Shown here: piece by piece, positions 1 through 12,620 of the stretch
Layout of the letters: each line of letters starts with the position of its first letter
How positions within the stretch are numbered: the first letter of the stretch is position 1
NCBI RefSeq assembly: GCF_963921235.1
Contig: NC_086097.1
Span: forward strand, 77,688,001-77,752,000
DNA: 64,000 bases
Origin: Mobula hypostoma
Lineage: Eukaryota
Direction: 5' to 3'
Made by a program: the position numbers and the translations under genes
Notes under the pieces: model-generated
What the model saw: only the letters and a program-made list of their open reading frames with translations
What the model was told of the DNA's origin: nothing
Database searches by the model: none

Positions 1-62
1 TTTCAGTGATTTTTATATCCTGAAAAATTAATTGAAACATAGCTCCATCTTTGAATTACTGC

Positions 63-185
63 AAATCACTCTTCCGGACTTCTGAAATGATGGCATTTAA
101 TATTTTATATGAGAGTTGAATGCATTTCCAAAAGTATTTCTGGCTAATATCAACTACTAATCTGGGCTGACATTCAGAGGAGCAG
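63..185 (+). pseudogene. Pseudo-exon: RGS22-type domain end followed by next domain start
   Basis: 63-143 reads KSLFRTSEMMAFNILYES*MHFQKYFW, with TGA at 117-119 where Trp is expected. A shifted frame at 151-180 reads QLLIWADIQR. Confidence 0.6.
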
Positions 186-265
186 CAAGCAAATGCTGCA
201 ATAGGATGGAAAAATGTAGCCAAGACTGATCCTTCTTGGTTGAAAGCAAATGATCACATAGCACA

Positions 266-960
266 ATTCAAAGATTCAAAAGCTCATTTATTATCAAAGT
301 ATACAACTCTGAAATCCTTTTTCTCCAGATAGCCACAAAACTAATAAAGAAAAGAATAATAGTATGCTCATTAACCTCCAAATCCCTTCTTCCTGCACAA
401 AAAAGTAAACAAGAACAGAACAGGCACATTGATCCCCAAATCCTCCTCCCCTGCACACAAAAAAAATGAGAAAGATCGGGTGAAAAACACAGAATACAAA
501 AAAACCCCATAAGACTGAAAAAAAATTCCACAGTCCAAGTCCACATCCAAAACGTAGAAAACCTGAGCAACGTTCTCCCTGTCCGTAGCAGAGTGATCTC
601 ACCAGCGGTAAAAAAGCAGTCTGCCAAACCTGTAGGAAAGCAATCTCACCAGCGATAAAAAGACAGACAGGTGACATTTCAATCTCCCTCGTCACTTTAA
701 TCAGTGAAAAATGGAAAGCTTTAATCAGCAAAATGGAGTCAAGCATCGGCTCACAGCTTTCTCACCACAAGGTTTCCACACACTGCCTTTGCCTCCTGGA
801 ATCTACTCAGAGACTGCAGAACACTGAAACAACTAAATATTCTCCAAACTGCAAATCACGGGCTCCAACCATTCCAGGATCACATTCAAGATTTTAAAAA
901 ATGTAAAAGACATAAAGGAAGTGAAACATATGGTTTCATGATCTATCCAAAAGATGTCAA
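266..960 (-). repeat. Interspersed repeat, probably a non-LTR element 3' region
   Basis: Starts with an (ATTCAAAG)2-like unit plus tttatt (AATAAA on the minus strand). Strongly A/C-skewed and interrupts pseudo-exonic sequence. Confidence 0.4.
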
Positions 961-1039
961 TTCAAAAAGTTTGGAAGTTCTTCTGATGTCTCATATTGAT
1001 TCTGCAAATGGAATCACAAAAAAAAACACTAATGGCAAT

Positions 1040-1145
1040 TTTTCTCACTGGTCCTATGAACATTGCCAATGCATTTCCTATGATAGTACAAGATGAATTT
1101 ATGCCTCAATTCGGCTATCCTAAAGTCGTGAAATTCAGTATAAGA
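1040..1145 (+). pseudogene. Possible pseudo-exon, RGS C-terminal helix
   Basis: NAFPMIVQDEFMPQF, then LKS in a shifted frame; resembles the RGS D-x-x-P-x-F-L-K-S motif. Confidence 0.35.
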
Positions 1146-1457
1146 GTGCAAGTTGGTGCTTTACTTATCATTCCATGGAGGCATCAGTCTTATAATTACA
1201 TATATGATTATAATATAATTACATAGTTAACATAATTACATACTTGTTAAAATATGTCACAATAAAAATTCTAAATATTTCAATATTTAACAGTTCCACA
1301 TTAATTAGTAGGAAAGTTGCACAATGGCTTCACTGATTTGCATTGCAGTGATCATCATGGCATTTACAATATTTGAGCACTGCAAGTATATTGTTATATT
1401 AAGAGAACAAACACCTTTGTTCTTTTAAAAACATTGATAAGATTATTAATTTTCCAG

Positions 1458-1590
1458 ATATGCATGTGCACATTAACCATTTGGAAGCATGGATCAGGAT
1501 GAGCTTCTGCAAAAAGGATTTTCAAACTTGTTTTCACAACACTGAATAAATTCCCCATCTGCCATTCGGCATAGCAAATGATACAGATCT
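1458..1590 (+). pseudogene. Pseudo-exon, RGS helices 4-5
   Basis: Acceptor attaattttccAG ending at 1457 and donor GTATGT at 1591. NHLEAWI in one frame, SAKRIFKLVF in another. Confidence 0.45.
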
Positions 1591-2040
1591 GTATGTAAAA
1601 AGATACGTTGGCCTTTAGGAGGGAATAGATTTACCAAACTGATGCCTTGACTAAAGACTGAATTGCAAAGTGATATTGCAGATTAGGACTGTATTCTCTG
1701 GTTTTTATATAGAAGTTTAACAAGTAATTTGAATACAGTTTTCATTTTCTAGAGGGTATAGTTTCAAAACTAAACTCTGAGGAGTGAAATGAGAAAATCA
1801 ACACATAGGAAATGGTGATCATTAGGAACTATTTTATGCAAATAATAGCAGATAATAGGTCAACTGTTAATTTTAAATCTGGCAGCTGATAGATTCATGA
1901 AATGAGGAAAAGTTGGTGAGTAGGATTCATGGCTATTTATCCTATATTATTTAACCTTTATTATGCATATAGTTCTTGCTACTAACTAAATGACCATTTA
2001 GAAAATAGAACTCTGAACCCACCAATAAAACTGTCTAAAA

Positions 2041-5000
2041 CAGTGGTTCCCAAACACTTTTGGATTACTGTCCCTTGGTTCCTAGATCACATCCTCTGTG
2101 CCCCCTCTCCCTTTCCAGCCATTACATTAGAACTATAAAGAATTTTGATTTACAATGCACAGCGAAAGAAAATAGGAACTGCTAACTCAAAGCAGTGGCA
2201 AATATTTTCCAAAATTTTAAAATCTATTTAAAATACAAATAAAATGATTTCTTTATTTAATTTCAGTTAAAAAATCATCAACAATTTTAGAGTGTATATT
2301 GGTAGTCCAACTATTCACTGCTTCATTGCTTTTTCACTTTTCAATGAGATAGATGGACTTGGTGCAGTGATATCAGTTTCTCAACATCAGGCTGAACATC
2401 ACTCAGAAGGAGTCTCAGATCCCCACGTTCGGTAATTTGCTCTTTGTTTAGTTGCTTTGAAAAAAGTTGGGCGACTGCACCGAAACAATGCACCACTACA
2501 TATGATATTGGATAGGCAAAAAAGAACACCTTGACTTTTTTCCACATTACAGGACAGCATTTAGAGATTTCTTTCTGTTGTTAATAATTTTGATATGATT
2601 TTTTGAACTTCATCTACAACTCAAAGTCATTTTGCAGCGAGATCAATTCTTCCCCCATCCTTCCTGTTAATTCCTCATTTCAAGTGTTCAGGAATGGATT
2701 TATTACCCAATCTGGAATTTGCATCGAGAGGAGGTCCTGAAATCTCTCTGACACATCTTTATGCAGCTCACGCAGCATATCTGAAGATCATCATCTGGTT
2801 TTCTTTCTTTCTCTTCTGACTCTCTGAACTTGGAAATTGGAAAATTGGAAAAGGTCATGACAACTAATCTTGCATTTAAATAGGGTTAACTTAGACAAGT
2901 TTAGACAAACTGATTTTGGTAAGATTCACATCATTTTCTTGCAATTGAAGATTCATTTAATAAATCTTTGTGAATAATTCTGACAATAAGCAATGTCATT
3001 CCCTATATTTTCAACACACACAAAATGCTGGAGGAACTCAGCAGGCCAAGCGCCATCTATGGAAAAGAGTGAACAGTCGACATTTCCGACCAAGACCCTT
3101 AAATTCCTAATTTTCTTGAATTGATTACTGAATGAAGCATTCAAATCTTCACAGAATTTTATCACAATTTCAAAAAGTGCATGAAGCATCTCAGGCAGTT
3201 TCCTTTTGACCCATCTGACTTTCATGTGCAACAGCAAGCGTTCAAACTGTTCATCATTCTCAATACAAAGTTCTCGAAATAGTCAAGAATTGAGAGCATG
3301 GGACTTGATTTTATTTACTGCTGCGATAACAGTATTTAAAGATTTGTACAGCTGATCACTTAGGCTTTTTTTGTGACAAGGTGTTGTCTGTGAATTGCAC
3401 AGTGAATGGTAAATAGGCTGGACACATGTTTTTCCAAAAAAGTAATAATCCACGAGGGTGTCCTGTCCATGAGCTAGTCCTCATCAGAGGATCAGAGGTG
3501 GAGAAGGTCAGCAAATTTAAATTCCTCAGTATCATCATTTCAGAGGACTTGTCCTGGGCCCAGCATGTAAGTCCAATTACAAAGAAATCCTGCCAAGCGC
3601 ACCTACCTCATTAGGAATTTTCAAAGACTCGGCATGACAGCTAAAACTTTGAAAAACTTCTACAGATGTGTGGTGGAGAGCATATAGACTGGCTGCATCA
3701 CAGCCTGGTATGGAAACATCAATGGATTTGAACGGAAAATCCAACAAAAAGTAGTGGATGCAGCCCAGTCCATCACAGGTGAGCATACCATTGAGCATAT
3801 CTACGTGGAGCATTGTTGCAGGAAAGCAGCATCCATCATCAGAGACCCCCACCACCAAATCCATGCTGTCTTCTCACTTCTGACATCAGGGACAAGGTGC
3901 AGGAGCCTCAGGACTCACACCATGAAGTTCAGGAAGAGGTATTACCCCTCAACCATCAGGCTCTTGAACCGAAGGGGGAAACTTCACTCAACTTCACTTG
4001 CCCCATCACTGAAATGTTCCCACAACCTATGGACTCACTTTCAAGGAATCTTCATCTCATGTTCTCAATAATTATTGCTTATTTATTTATTATTGTTTCT
4101 TTCTTTTTGTATTCCCGCAATTTGTTGCCTTTTGCATACTGGTTGAACACCCAATTTGTTGGGTCTTTCATTGATTATATTATCAATTGATAGAGTATTC
4201 CCACTAGAAAATGAATCTCAGGGTTGTATATGGTGACATATTTGTACTTTGATAACAAATTTACTTTTAACTTTGAACTTTTGATGGTGCACAAACTATT
4301 GCACAAGTAAGAATGTTGTAAGTGGAATGTCCTTCTCTTTGAAAATTTTGCTCAGCGACCTGAAATATTGACTCCCCCCATATCTATTTCTAGTCCTTTT
4401 GCAAATTATAACCCTTGAACCATACTTTCATCATTTATCAAGTGAACATAACCATGAAGCAAAGATTCGTTGCCTGGCAAAATTGCAGAGCAATTTATGC
4501 CATCACAAGTATATTGCACAATGTGTCTTCCACATTCTTAGACAGTTCATCTATTCATCCTTGAATGGAATCATTTTCATTATTTGGTTTGGTGACTTAC
4601 GCAAATCCATACTCAGAACCTCCCTTTTATTGCGTGCAAAGTTATCTCTTCCCTAATTGTATGTGGCTTTCCAGATTTGCAGACACACTTCTCAGACGTG
4701 TTTTCTTTTTCTGAAATTTTATACAAAGTGACTGAAAATAAGCCAAGTTCTTGTTTACTTTATCAGGGTGTATTCTCTTCAAATGTTCAAACAGCCTGGA
4801 CGGTTTTTTTGCCCCATTTGGAAAAACTTTTTCACACCACAGGCACACTGGCACTGCTGGTTACTTGATCTTAATATAAATTCATTTTCAGATACACCAT
4901 ATACTCTATACTTCTTTTGGTTTGCTTCTGCCATTTTTGTAATAGATTAATGAACATAGTCAATCATCCGTTGTTTAAGTCTGACCTCAAGTTCTGTGAT

Positions 5001-5613
5001 CAATAAAGGGGAAAATTATGAAGTCATCATAGCTCAGGCAAATCCTGACTCTCTGCCTGAAGGTACAGAAATGAGGGCAGCGATATCTTGGTTGGGCTGT
5101 GGGCTGGAGTGGTCAAAACCATTCGAAAGGGCAGATTCTGACCTTTACCTCACAGAACGTCATACCCTATTTCACAGGAACTGTGTCACTGTGTGACTAG
5201 ATTATATGAATCATATTAGCTAACACTATACTACCGTGCAGAATGGCAATAATGTGCAGGCAAGGCCCAAAAATATCATGATGTCTTCAGTCCAGGTCTC
5301 TCAGGATGTGCCAAATACAGAGGTTTCACATTGCTTTTCAACAACTATAATGAGCTTCCAGCAAAATGTAACAGAACGGTGAGTTAGCAAGTGATGAGGT
5401 GATTATGTGATCATTGTAATCAATTATGAAGCACTGAGGACCAAATGCTTATAATAAAGAATTCATTTCTTAAATTAAGCCTGTAATCCCTCAGCTGTTT
5501 CCCTCGCTACTGAGCACTGCTTCCCCCCCCCCCACCTCTATTTAACTTTATCACCCTGTTAGCAACTCCCACCATCCCCGGGGAGGTGATATTGCCCACT
5601 TTGGGAACGACTG
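2041..5613 (-). mobile_element. hAT-Charlie/Buster DNA transposon, full-length but decayed
   Basis: TIRs cagtggttcccaa / ttgggaacgactg; 8-bp TSD gtctaaaa (2033-2040) / atctaaaa (5614-5621). Transposase relics: BED-finger region CLWCEKVF...KPSRLFEHLKRIH (4642-4854) and C-terminus RGDLRLLL...HQVHLSH (2341-2547). Confidence 0.92.
3430..4285 (+). mobile_element. Rex1/Babar LINE 3' fragment nested in the hAT element
   Basis: VEKVSKFKFLSIIISEDLSW...CCRKAASIIRDPHH...YYPSTIRLLN; (TTGAACT)-like tail. Confidence 0.85.
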
Positions 5614-6145
5614 ATCTAAAATTTGCAAAAGGCTGCATTGATGAATACGGCATTGTTCCCTTTCTGCTCTTTCCTGTAGTCTGATATCCGCAATCTTGCA
5701 TATATGACAATATTTAAGCCATTCCTCGTGAATTTTTCATCTCTTGGCAAACAACAGCATTATTGTCTTACTGTAGACCACAGGGGAAAGTACACTGCTT
5801 AATAATTGCAACAAATACCAACCACCAGTTCAACCTCAACTAAAAATGCATCTAAATTCACGTTGTTCGATTGATCTGTGAATCACAATTGTTAGCAGTG
5901 TAGGAAAATACCCTTTTGAAGCACACATTTGTTATTCGATCATGTAGCTTGTTTAAAAGAGTTAGAAAGGGAAAGATGTAGTAAACCTATAATATCACTC
6001 CAGCCTCTTATTGCTGCAAGAAAGAAATACCAAGTAAAGGTCATTCAGAGGCCTGAAAAAAAATCTAATCCTAACCCAAATGATTTATTACTGGGAGTAG
6101 TGACCTAGTCACCTGTAATACAAATGGAAAGTAGGTAGCAATTCA

Positions 6146-7025
6146 TCTCCTCCATCCCTCCCCAATGATCTCTTTCCTGGCACTTATCCTTGTAAACGGA
6201 ACAAGTGCTACACATGCCCTTACACTTCCTCCCTTACCACCATTCAGGGCCCCAAACAGTCCTTCCAGGTGAGGCGACACTTCACCTGTGAATCAGCTGG
6301 GATGATATACTGCGTCCGGTGCTCCCAATGTGGCCTTCTATATATTGGCGAGATCCAACGCAGACTGGGAGATTGTTTTGCTGAACACCTACACTCTGTC
6401 TGCCAGAGAAAACAGGATCTCCCAGTGGCCACACATTTTAATTCCACATCCCATTCCCATTCTGATATGTCTAACCACTGCCTCCTCTACTGTAAAGATG
6501 AAGCCACACTCAGGTTGAAGGAACAACACCTTATATTCCGTCTGGGTAGCCTCCAACCTGATGGCATGAACATTGACTTCTCTAACTTCTGCTAATGCCC
6601 CACCTCCCCCTCGTACCCCATCCGTTATTTATTTATATACACACATTCTTTCTCTCTCTCCTTTTTCTCCCTCTGTCCCTCTGACTATACCCCTTGCCCA
6701 CCCTCTGGATTTTCTCCCCCCTCCCCCTTTTCCTTCTCCCTGGGCCTCCTGTCCCATGATTCTCTCATATCCTTTTTGTCTATCACCTGTCCAGCTCTTG
6801 GCTCCATCCCTCCCCCTCCTATCTTCTCCTATCGTTCCGGATCTCCCCCTCCCCCTCCCACTTTCAAATCTCTTACTAGCTCTTCCTTCAGTTAGTCCTG
6901 ACGAAGGGTCTCAGCCCGAAACGTCGACTGTACCTCTTCCTAGAGATGCTGCCTGGCCTGCTGCGTTCACCAGCAACTTTGATGTGTGTTGCTTGAATTT
7001 CCAGCATCTGCAGAATTCCTCGTGT
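6146..7025 (+). mobile_element. Penelope-like (Poseidon-type) 3' fragment with GIY-YIG endonuclease
   Basis: ORF 6269-6595 FTCESAGMIYCVRCSQCGLLYIGEIQRRL...LQPDGMN; 10-bp TSD tagcaattca (6136-6145 / 7026-7035). Confidence 0.92.
6894..6929 (+). ncRNA. Minimal type I hammerhead ribozyme motif
   Basis: agtc-CTGACGA-aggg...ccc-GAAA-cGTC-gact: stem I agtc/gact, stem II ggg/ccc, palindromic ACGT stem III, GUC cleavage triplet. Confidence 0.75.
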
Positions 7026-7187
7026 TAGCAATTCACTACAATACTTACTTAACACCAATTATGCCACTAGTGTTTAGGGCAGCAATGTAGGTCCTCCATC
7101 TCTGAGTTCACAATGGTGCCTTGGATCAATTCAACAATGATTCTGGTCAAGCTAACAAACTCCACTGATAAACATTATTTTTTTCAG

Positions 7188-7409
7188 GTTATTGAGTCTG
7201 ATCAGCTCATCGGGCAGTGGGAGGAATGATTCGAGTATCTCAAGTATTTTTGTAAGGAAGTATGCTGTCTATCTGATTAAAGTATATCTTGATTTATAAC
7301 TGGTGACAGACTACAAGCTGTTCTGGAGATCACTTTGAGGAGAAGCTCAGCAATATTTCACAGACTAAATGGATACAGGGAAATAGAGAAGAAAAACAAA
7401 CTGCTGGTA
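7188..7409 (+). pseudogene. Exon-like segment with stops in all frames
   Basis: Acceptor attatttttttcAG and donor GTAAGT at 7410. One frame reads SIFVRKYAVYLIKVYL. Confidence 0.4.
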
Positions 7410-7734
7410 GTAAGTCTAGTTCAAAAAAGAGAGATGGATGGCAGAGGGGTGAGACTGGACAAATGTAAAAAAAGAAACAGAGGAGATATTCAATTTTATA
7501 TTAAAATTAAATTGGCTATAATCTCAAATTTCAGGGTTATCTATTAGAATAAGAACAGCTGGCAGCTGTTACTTTTAATTTGGCTATAGCTCACTCAGAC
7601 TGGGACAGAATCAGGCATTCTTTTTTAAAATGTTTACAACCATTCTGGAAAAAATACCAAATGTGAGTTTCTTTTTTCTATGACTTCAACGGACTTCTTC
7701 AAAAAAAGTAATTTACAACGGCAACAGAAGACAA

Positions 7735-7960
7735 AATGTAATGCTGCTGACTCCATTATATTGTCATTACTTGCCACAATATCTGAAAATATCTTTTGTT
7801 GGTGCATGGAATTCCATATCTAACAAAGGTGAATGTTTTGGCAGTTTTAATTGACTTTGTCAATGGATCTTTGGATTACATTCTGAGGCCGGTGTAAGTG
7901 GTGGTGGAGAAGTTCAATTGTCACCTAATATCAGGCAAGCAAAACTACAAGCTTCCTGGA
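7735..7960 (+). pseudogene. Pseudo-exon, RGS-like
   Basis: MLLTPLYCHYLPQYLK from 7741, a frameshifted FWQ, and later EVQLSPNIRQ (EVN[IL]-like). Confidence 0.45.
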
Positions 7961-8395
7961 GATTAAAAAAAAACTTAATATGATGTCCTAAGGAAATTGA
8001 AAAAAAATTGCTAATAGGCCTTCAGTTTTTCTTAAACATATTTTAATCTCCCAAGAGACTGCTACTGATGGATAGAGATGTCAAACCTTAATGTTTGTGC
8101 TATGATGATTGAGTGGGGCACATGCGTTAAATGACATGGATTTTTCCGATATGTCACTTTCATATGTTGTATGAGAGCTACTTTCATTATGAAAGTTACG
8201 TAGGGAATGGACTGGAAAATATTGAAATGGTATTATTATGGTAACATTCATCGTCATAAATATTTTGTCATATTTCATTTAGATCCTTTCTACCAGCTCA
8301 ATTACATCTGTTGGTTAAGCTCAGTTCAGGTTGGTATGGTGATGAACAAATTCTGCCAATGCAGACAGACGGTAAGGGACAAAGCTGGATTATCA

Positions 8396-8497
8396 ACACA
8401 AGAGGAATCTTGAGCAACTCAAAAGGTCAGGCTGCGTCTATGGAAATGAATAAACGGGTGACGTTTCAGGCTGAGAGCCTTCATCAGGATTGGCAAG
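8396..8497 (-). mobile_element. Short Penelope-derived insert with hammerhead core
   Basis: Minus strand CTGATGA...GAAAcgtc; 13-bp TSD agctggattatca (8383-8395 / 8498-8510). Confidence 0.75.
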
Positions 8498-8597
8498 AGC
8501 TGGATTATCATCATTATTATGCATAAACCAATTCCAGAATGAACGCCCAGCTTGAAAATAAAAAAAAACTGCAAATGTCTTAAATAAGGAATGAAGA

Positions 8598-8750
8598 AGC
8601 AAAGAGAGAGAGAGAGAGAGAGACAGAGGGACAAAAGGGGAGAGACTGACAATGTCAAAGGCAGTAACAGTGACTGAAAGACACATGCAGAGAGGCAGAA
8701 AGAGAGGGACAGTGGGCAGGGGGAAGAGAGAGAGCATGAGAGGAACATGA
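8598..8750. repeat. (GA)n / purine-rich simple repeat
   Basis: agagagagagagagagagagac and degenerate GA-rich copies. Confidence 0.8.
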
Positions 8751-9259
8751 CTGTCAATTTATGTTAGAGAGAAAAGGGAGGAGGAAAGGTGGTGGCAGGT
8801 ATGTAGAGAGATAAAGGTGTAGGTGGAAATTTCTTCTCAGAAAGGGTAATAAATCTCTGGCATTCACTATGTTGGAAGTTCGTAGAGGCTGGATGATGGT
8901 TAAAGTATCTAAAGTGAAGTTAGAATTCTTTTTGAAAAATCAGGGTATTGAGGGCTATGCCGGGCTGGTTTAAAAGAGCAATTGAGGCTGAGAAATGATC
9001 AATCAAGATCATATGGAATGGCAGGACAGACCTAAAGGCCCACACCTACTCCCATTTACTTGCGTTTTTGGGAAACAAATAATCCGTTTAGGTCAAGCCA
9101 TACGTTCGGCAAAGGTTATTGCATTGTAATTTGAAATGTTGTATAAGTCTAGCACTAGAGGCAAATGGAATCTGGAGCCGAATGGTGAGATATCTGCTGG
9201 AAGAAAGAATATCACATTGCTCTTGGATAAAGTATCTCAGAATTAATTTAGTCATAGAT

Positions 9260-9905
9260 TTAGTTATATAGCATGGACATGGGACCTTCAGCCAAACTTG
9301 TCCATTGCCAACACAGGTGCCTTGTTAAACTAATCCCATCTGTTTACATTTAGCCCATAATCCCTTTTACCTTTCCATGAATCTGTCCAAGTATTTTGCA
9401 AACGCTGTATTTGTACTTGCCTCTACCACTTCCTCTGGCAACTCGTAAACCCACCACTCTCCAGAACTCAGAACAGTACAGCACAGGAACATGCCTTCAA
9501 CCCATGATGTTCTGCCAACTAGTTAAACTAGCAATTATATGTCTAACAAAATGAATCCTTTCTGGGTACACTATGTCCATATCCTTCCATTCTCTGCACA
9601 TGTACTGTATACTTCTCAGAAAGTCTTAAATGACTCTGTTGTATATACGCCTCCACTGCCACCCGCAGTGGTGCAACAACACTGTCTATGCAAAAGATCT
9701 GTCCTGCACATTATCTTTAAACTTATCCCTTCTCACCTCAAATGCATGCCCTCCGATATTAGATATTTCAACTCTGGGAAAAAAAGATGCCAGCTGTCTG
9801 CTCAGTCTATGCCTCTCATTATTTTGATAACTTCTCTCAGGTCCAGTTGTTCTCTTAGCGCTGCTCTGGAGAAAACAACTACATTTGTTCAAACCTCTCC
9901 TTATA
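9260..9905 (-). mobile_element. CR1 3'-end fragments
   Basis: Reverse of the CR1 RT tail (GGHAFEVRRDKFK...) and 3' UTR. Confidence 0.65.
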
Positions 9906-11930
9906 TATCCTGGGGGATTTCAATGTGTTGGTGCTGGAGCCAAGAGAAGGAATTTGCTGAATGCCTACAAGATGTTTCTTTTAGAGCAGCTTGTGGATGA
10001 ACTCATTAGGGTAAACGTAATTCTGGATTGGGCGTTGCATAATGAACCAGATTTGATTTGGGAGCTTAAGGTAAAGGAACCCTTAGGAGACAGTAATCAT
10101 AATATGATAGAATTCAACCTGCAGTTTGAGATGGAGAAGCTAAAACTGAATGTATAGGTTTTGCACTTGAGTAAAGGTTACCTAGAAATACGAGAAAGGA
10201 GATTGGCAAACTTGATTGGAAGGGGACTGTAGCAGGGATGATGATACAGCAGCAATGACTGAAGTTTCTAGGAATAATTTGGAAGATGCAGGATCAGTTC
10301 ATCCCAAATAAAAAGAAACATTCTAAAAGGAGGATGAGGCAACCATGGCTGACAAGGAAAGTTAAAGACAGAACTACAGCAAAAGAGATGGTATACGATA
10401 TTGCAAAAATTAGTGGGAAGCTAGAGGATGGGGAGCTTTTAAAAACCAACAAATGGCAACTAAAAAGCAAAAAGGAGACAAAAGATGAGATATGAAGGTA
10501 AGCTAGCAAATAATATATAAGTAGATACCAAGAGCGTTTTCAGACATATAAAGAGTAAAAGAAAGGCAAGATTGGACATCGGACCAGTGGAAAATGATGC
10601 TGGAGAGGTGGTAAGGGGGAACAAATATGGTGGAAGAATTGAATGAGTACTTTGCGTTCATCTTTACTGTGGAAGGCACCAAAAGCATGCCAGAAATTTG
10701 AGAACGTCAGGGGTCAGGAGTGAGTGTGTCGTTATTACTAAGGAGACTCTGCTTGGGAAGCTGAAAGGTGCGAAGGTAAATAAGTCACCTGGACCAGATG
10801 AACCACGCGCCAGGTTATGAAGGAGGCCGACGAAGAGATTATGGAGGCATTAGTCATGATCTTTCATGAATCAGTAGAACCTGGAGTGGCTCAGGAGGAC
10901 TGGAAAATCACATGTGTCACTCCAATCTTTCAGAAGGGAGGGAGGCAAAAAGAAAATTATGGGGCAGTAGCCTGAATTCAGTAGTTGACAAGATGCTAGA
11001 GTCCATTATTAAGGACGAGGTTTTGGGATACGTGGAGGTTCATCATAAAATAGGTCAACATCAGCATTGCTTCCTTCAGGGGAGATCTTCCCTGACAACT
11101 CTTTGAGAAAATATCAGGCAGGATAGAGAAAGGAGAGTTAGTAAATGTTGCTTATTTGGATTTTCACAAGGCCTTTGATAAGATGCTAACATGAGACTTC
11201 TAAACAAGATAAGAGCCCAGGGTATTACAGGAAATATACTAGCATGGATAGTAGATTGGCTGACTAGCAAAGAGTGGAAATAAAGGGAGCCTTGTCTGGT
11301 TGATTGTCAGTGACTAGTGATGTTCTGCAGGGGTCAATGTTGGGACTGCTTCTTTTCATGTTATAGGTTAATAACCCAGATGATGGATTTGCTGTCTTTG
11401 TAGCTAAATTTGCAGATGATACAAAGATAGGTTGAGAGATAGCTAGTGTTGAGGGAGTTGAGAATCTGAATAATTGAGGAGCTGAATAATTGGGAGAATG
11501 GAAAAAGATGTGACACTTTGAATACAGTGTAGGGAGGCTTATGGTCATGCACTTTGGTAGAAGGAATAAAAGCATTGACTATTTTCTAAGTGGGGAGAGA
11601 ATTCAGAAATCAGAAGTGCAAAGGGACTTGGAAGGCCTAGAGCAGGATTTCCTAAAAGCTAACTTGCATTTTGAGTCGGTAGTAAGGAAGGGAAGTGCAA
11701 TGTTTATATTCATTTCAAAATAACTAATATATAAAAGCAGATATATTCTGACACTTCTTAAGGTATTGAACAGACTGCATTTGGAGTACTGCAAGCAGTT
11801 TTGGGCCCCATGGCATTGGAACAAATTCAGAGGAACCGGTTCAGAGGATGTTTATGAAAATAATCTCGGGATTGAATGGATTAACATATGAGGAGCATTG
11901 GATGGCTCTGTGTCTGTGTTTTCTGGAAGT
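9905..11930 (+). mobile_element. CR1 LINE ORF2 (EN end plus RT), decayed
   Basis: VKEPLGDSNHNMIEF, QPWLTRKVKD, KMLESIIKD, KFADDTK, MHFGRRNK, with stops and frameshifts. Confidence 0.92.
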
Positions 11931-12460
11931 TAATTCAATTCTCTCTGCACCATCTTCTGTGACAGAGGGTATTTCACCAGACCCTTTGCAAAACGCATGA
12001 GATCCCATGGGTAAACTATATCCGGTATAGTGATCAATTTTAGCAATGTTTTTCTTGTGTGAATTTGAAGCGTCAATTCAGTAAACTGAGTGTGTAATGT
12101 GAATGTATTATGTATCGAATACTTTTTCAGAGTTTGCTGGATGGCTGATGGATGTGACCTCTTATGTGGCAATACAGTTTAAGAATTTTGCTTAAATGAA
12201 GATTGAAGGTACTTAACTTGAGATATGGAGTCAAAAAATAATCATTTAAATGAAAAATGCAATGGAAACCTGCCTTATCCTTATCCCATTTCAACAGAAA
12301 CAAAAATTCTGATGTTTATAGTCTAAAGATAATGAAATTCTGTCTGTTCCCATTTCCTTTCCATATATTAAGACCACAGAAGCAGGTTAGGTGTCAGACA
12401 TTTTTGACAGGCAATCACCTTTGACATAAAACTAATTATGCTTCTGAACTTCTCTGGCAG

Positions 12461-12620
12461 AGGACCTCCTGACTTCAACAGAACTTTGTCAAGCATTTTT
12501 AATGGAAAACAGCAACTACCAAAGGCTTTATTCAGAAGGTTTGCTGCATTCAAGATGCAGCACAATACTAAAGTCCACCATATTCAAGCAAAATACTTTA
12601 CAAATGGCCATACATAAAAT
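12461..12620 (+). pseudogene. Pseudo-exon, RGS-like
   Basis: Acceptor cttctctggcAG ending at 12460. DLLTSTELCQAFLMEN in one frame, KVHHIQAKYFTNG in another. Confidence 0.4.

Noticed and set aside
6573..7028. Proline/serine-rich 151-aa ORF
   Set aside because: Pyrimidine-rich Penelope 3' UTR/pLTR; not a real protein.
7771..7955. Minus-strand exon with two in-frame TGA codons, as a selenoprotein candidate
   Set aside because: No selenoprotein similarity and no SECIS recognised; in-frame stops are ubiquitous here.
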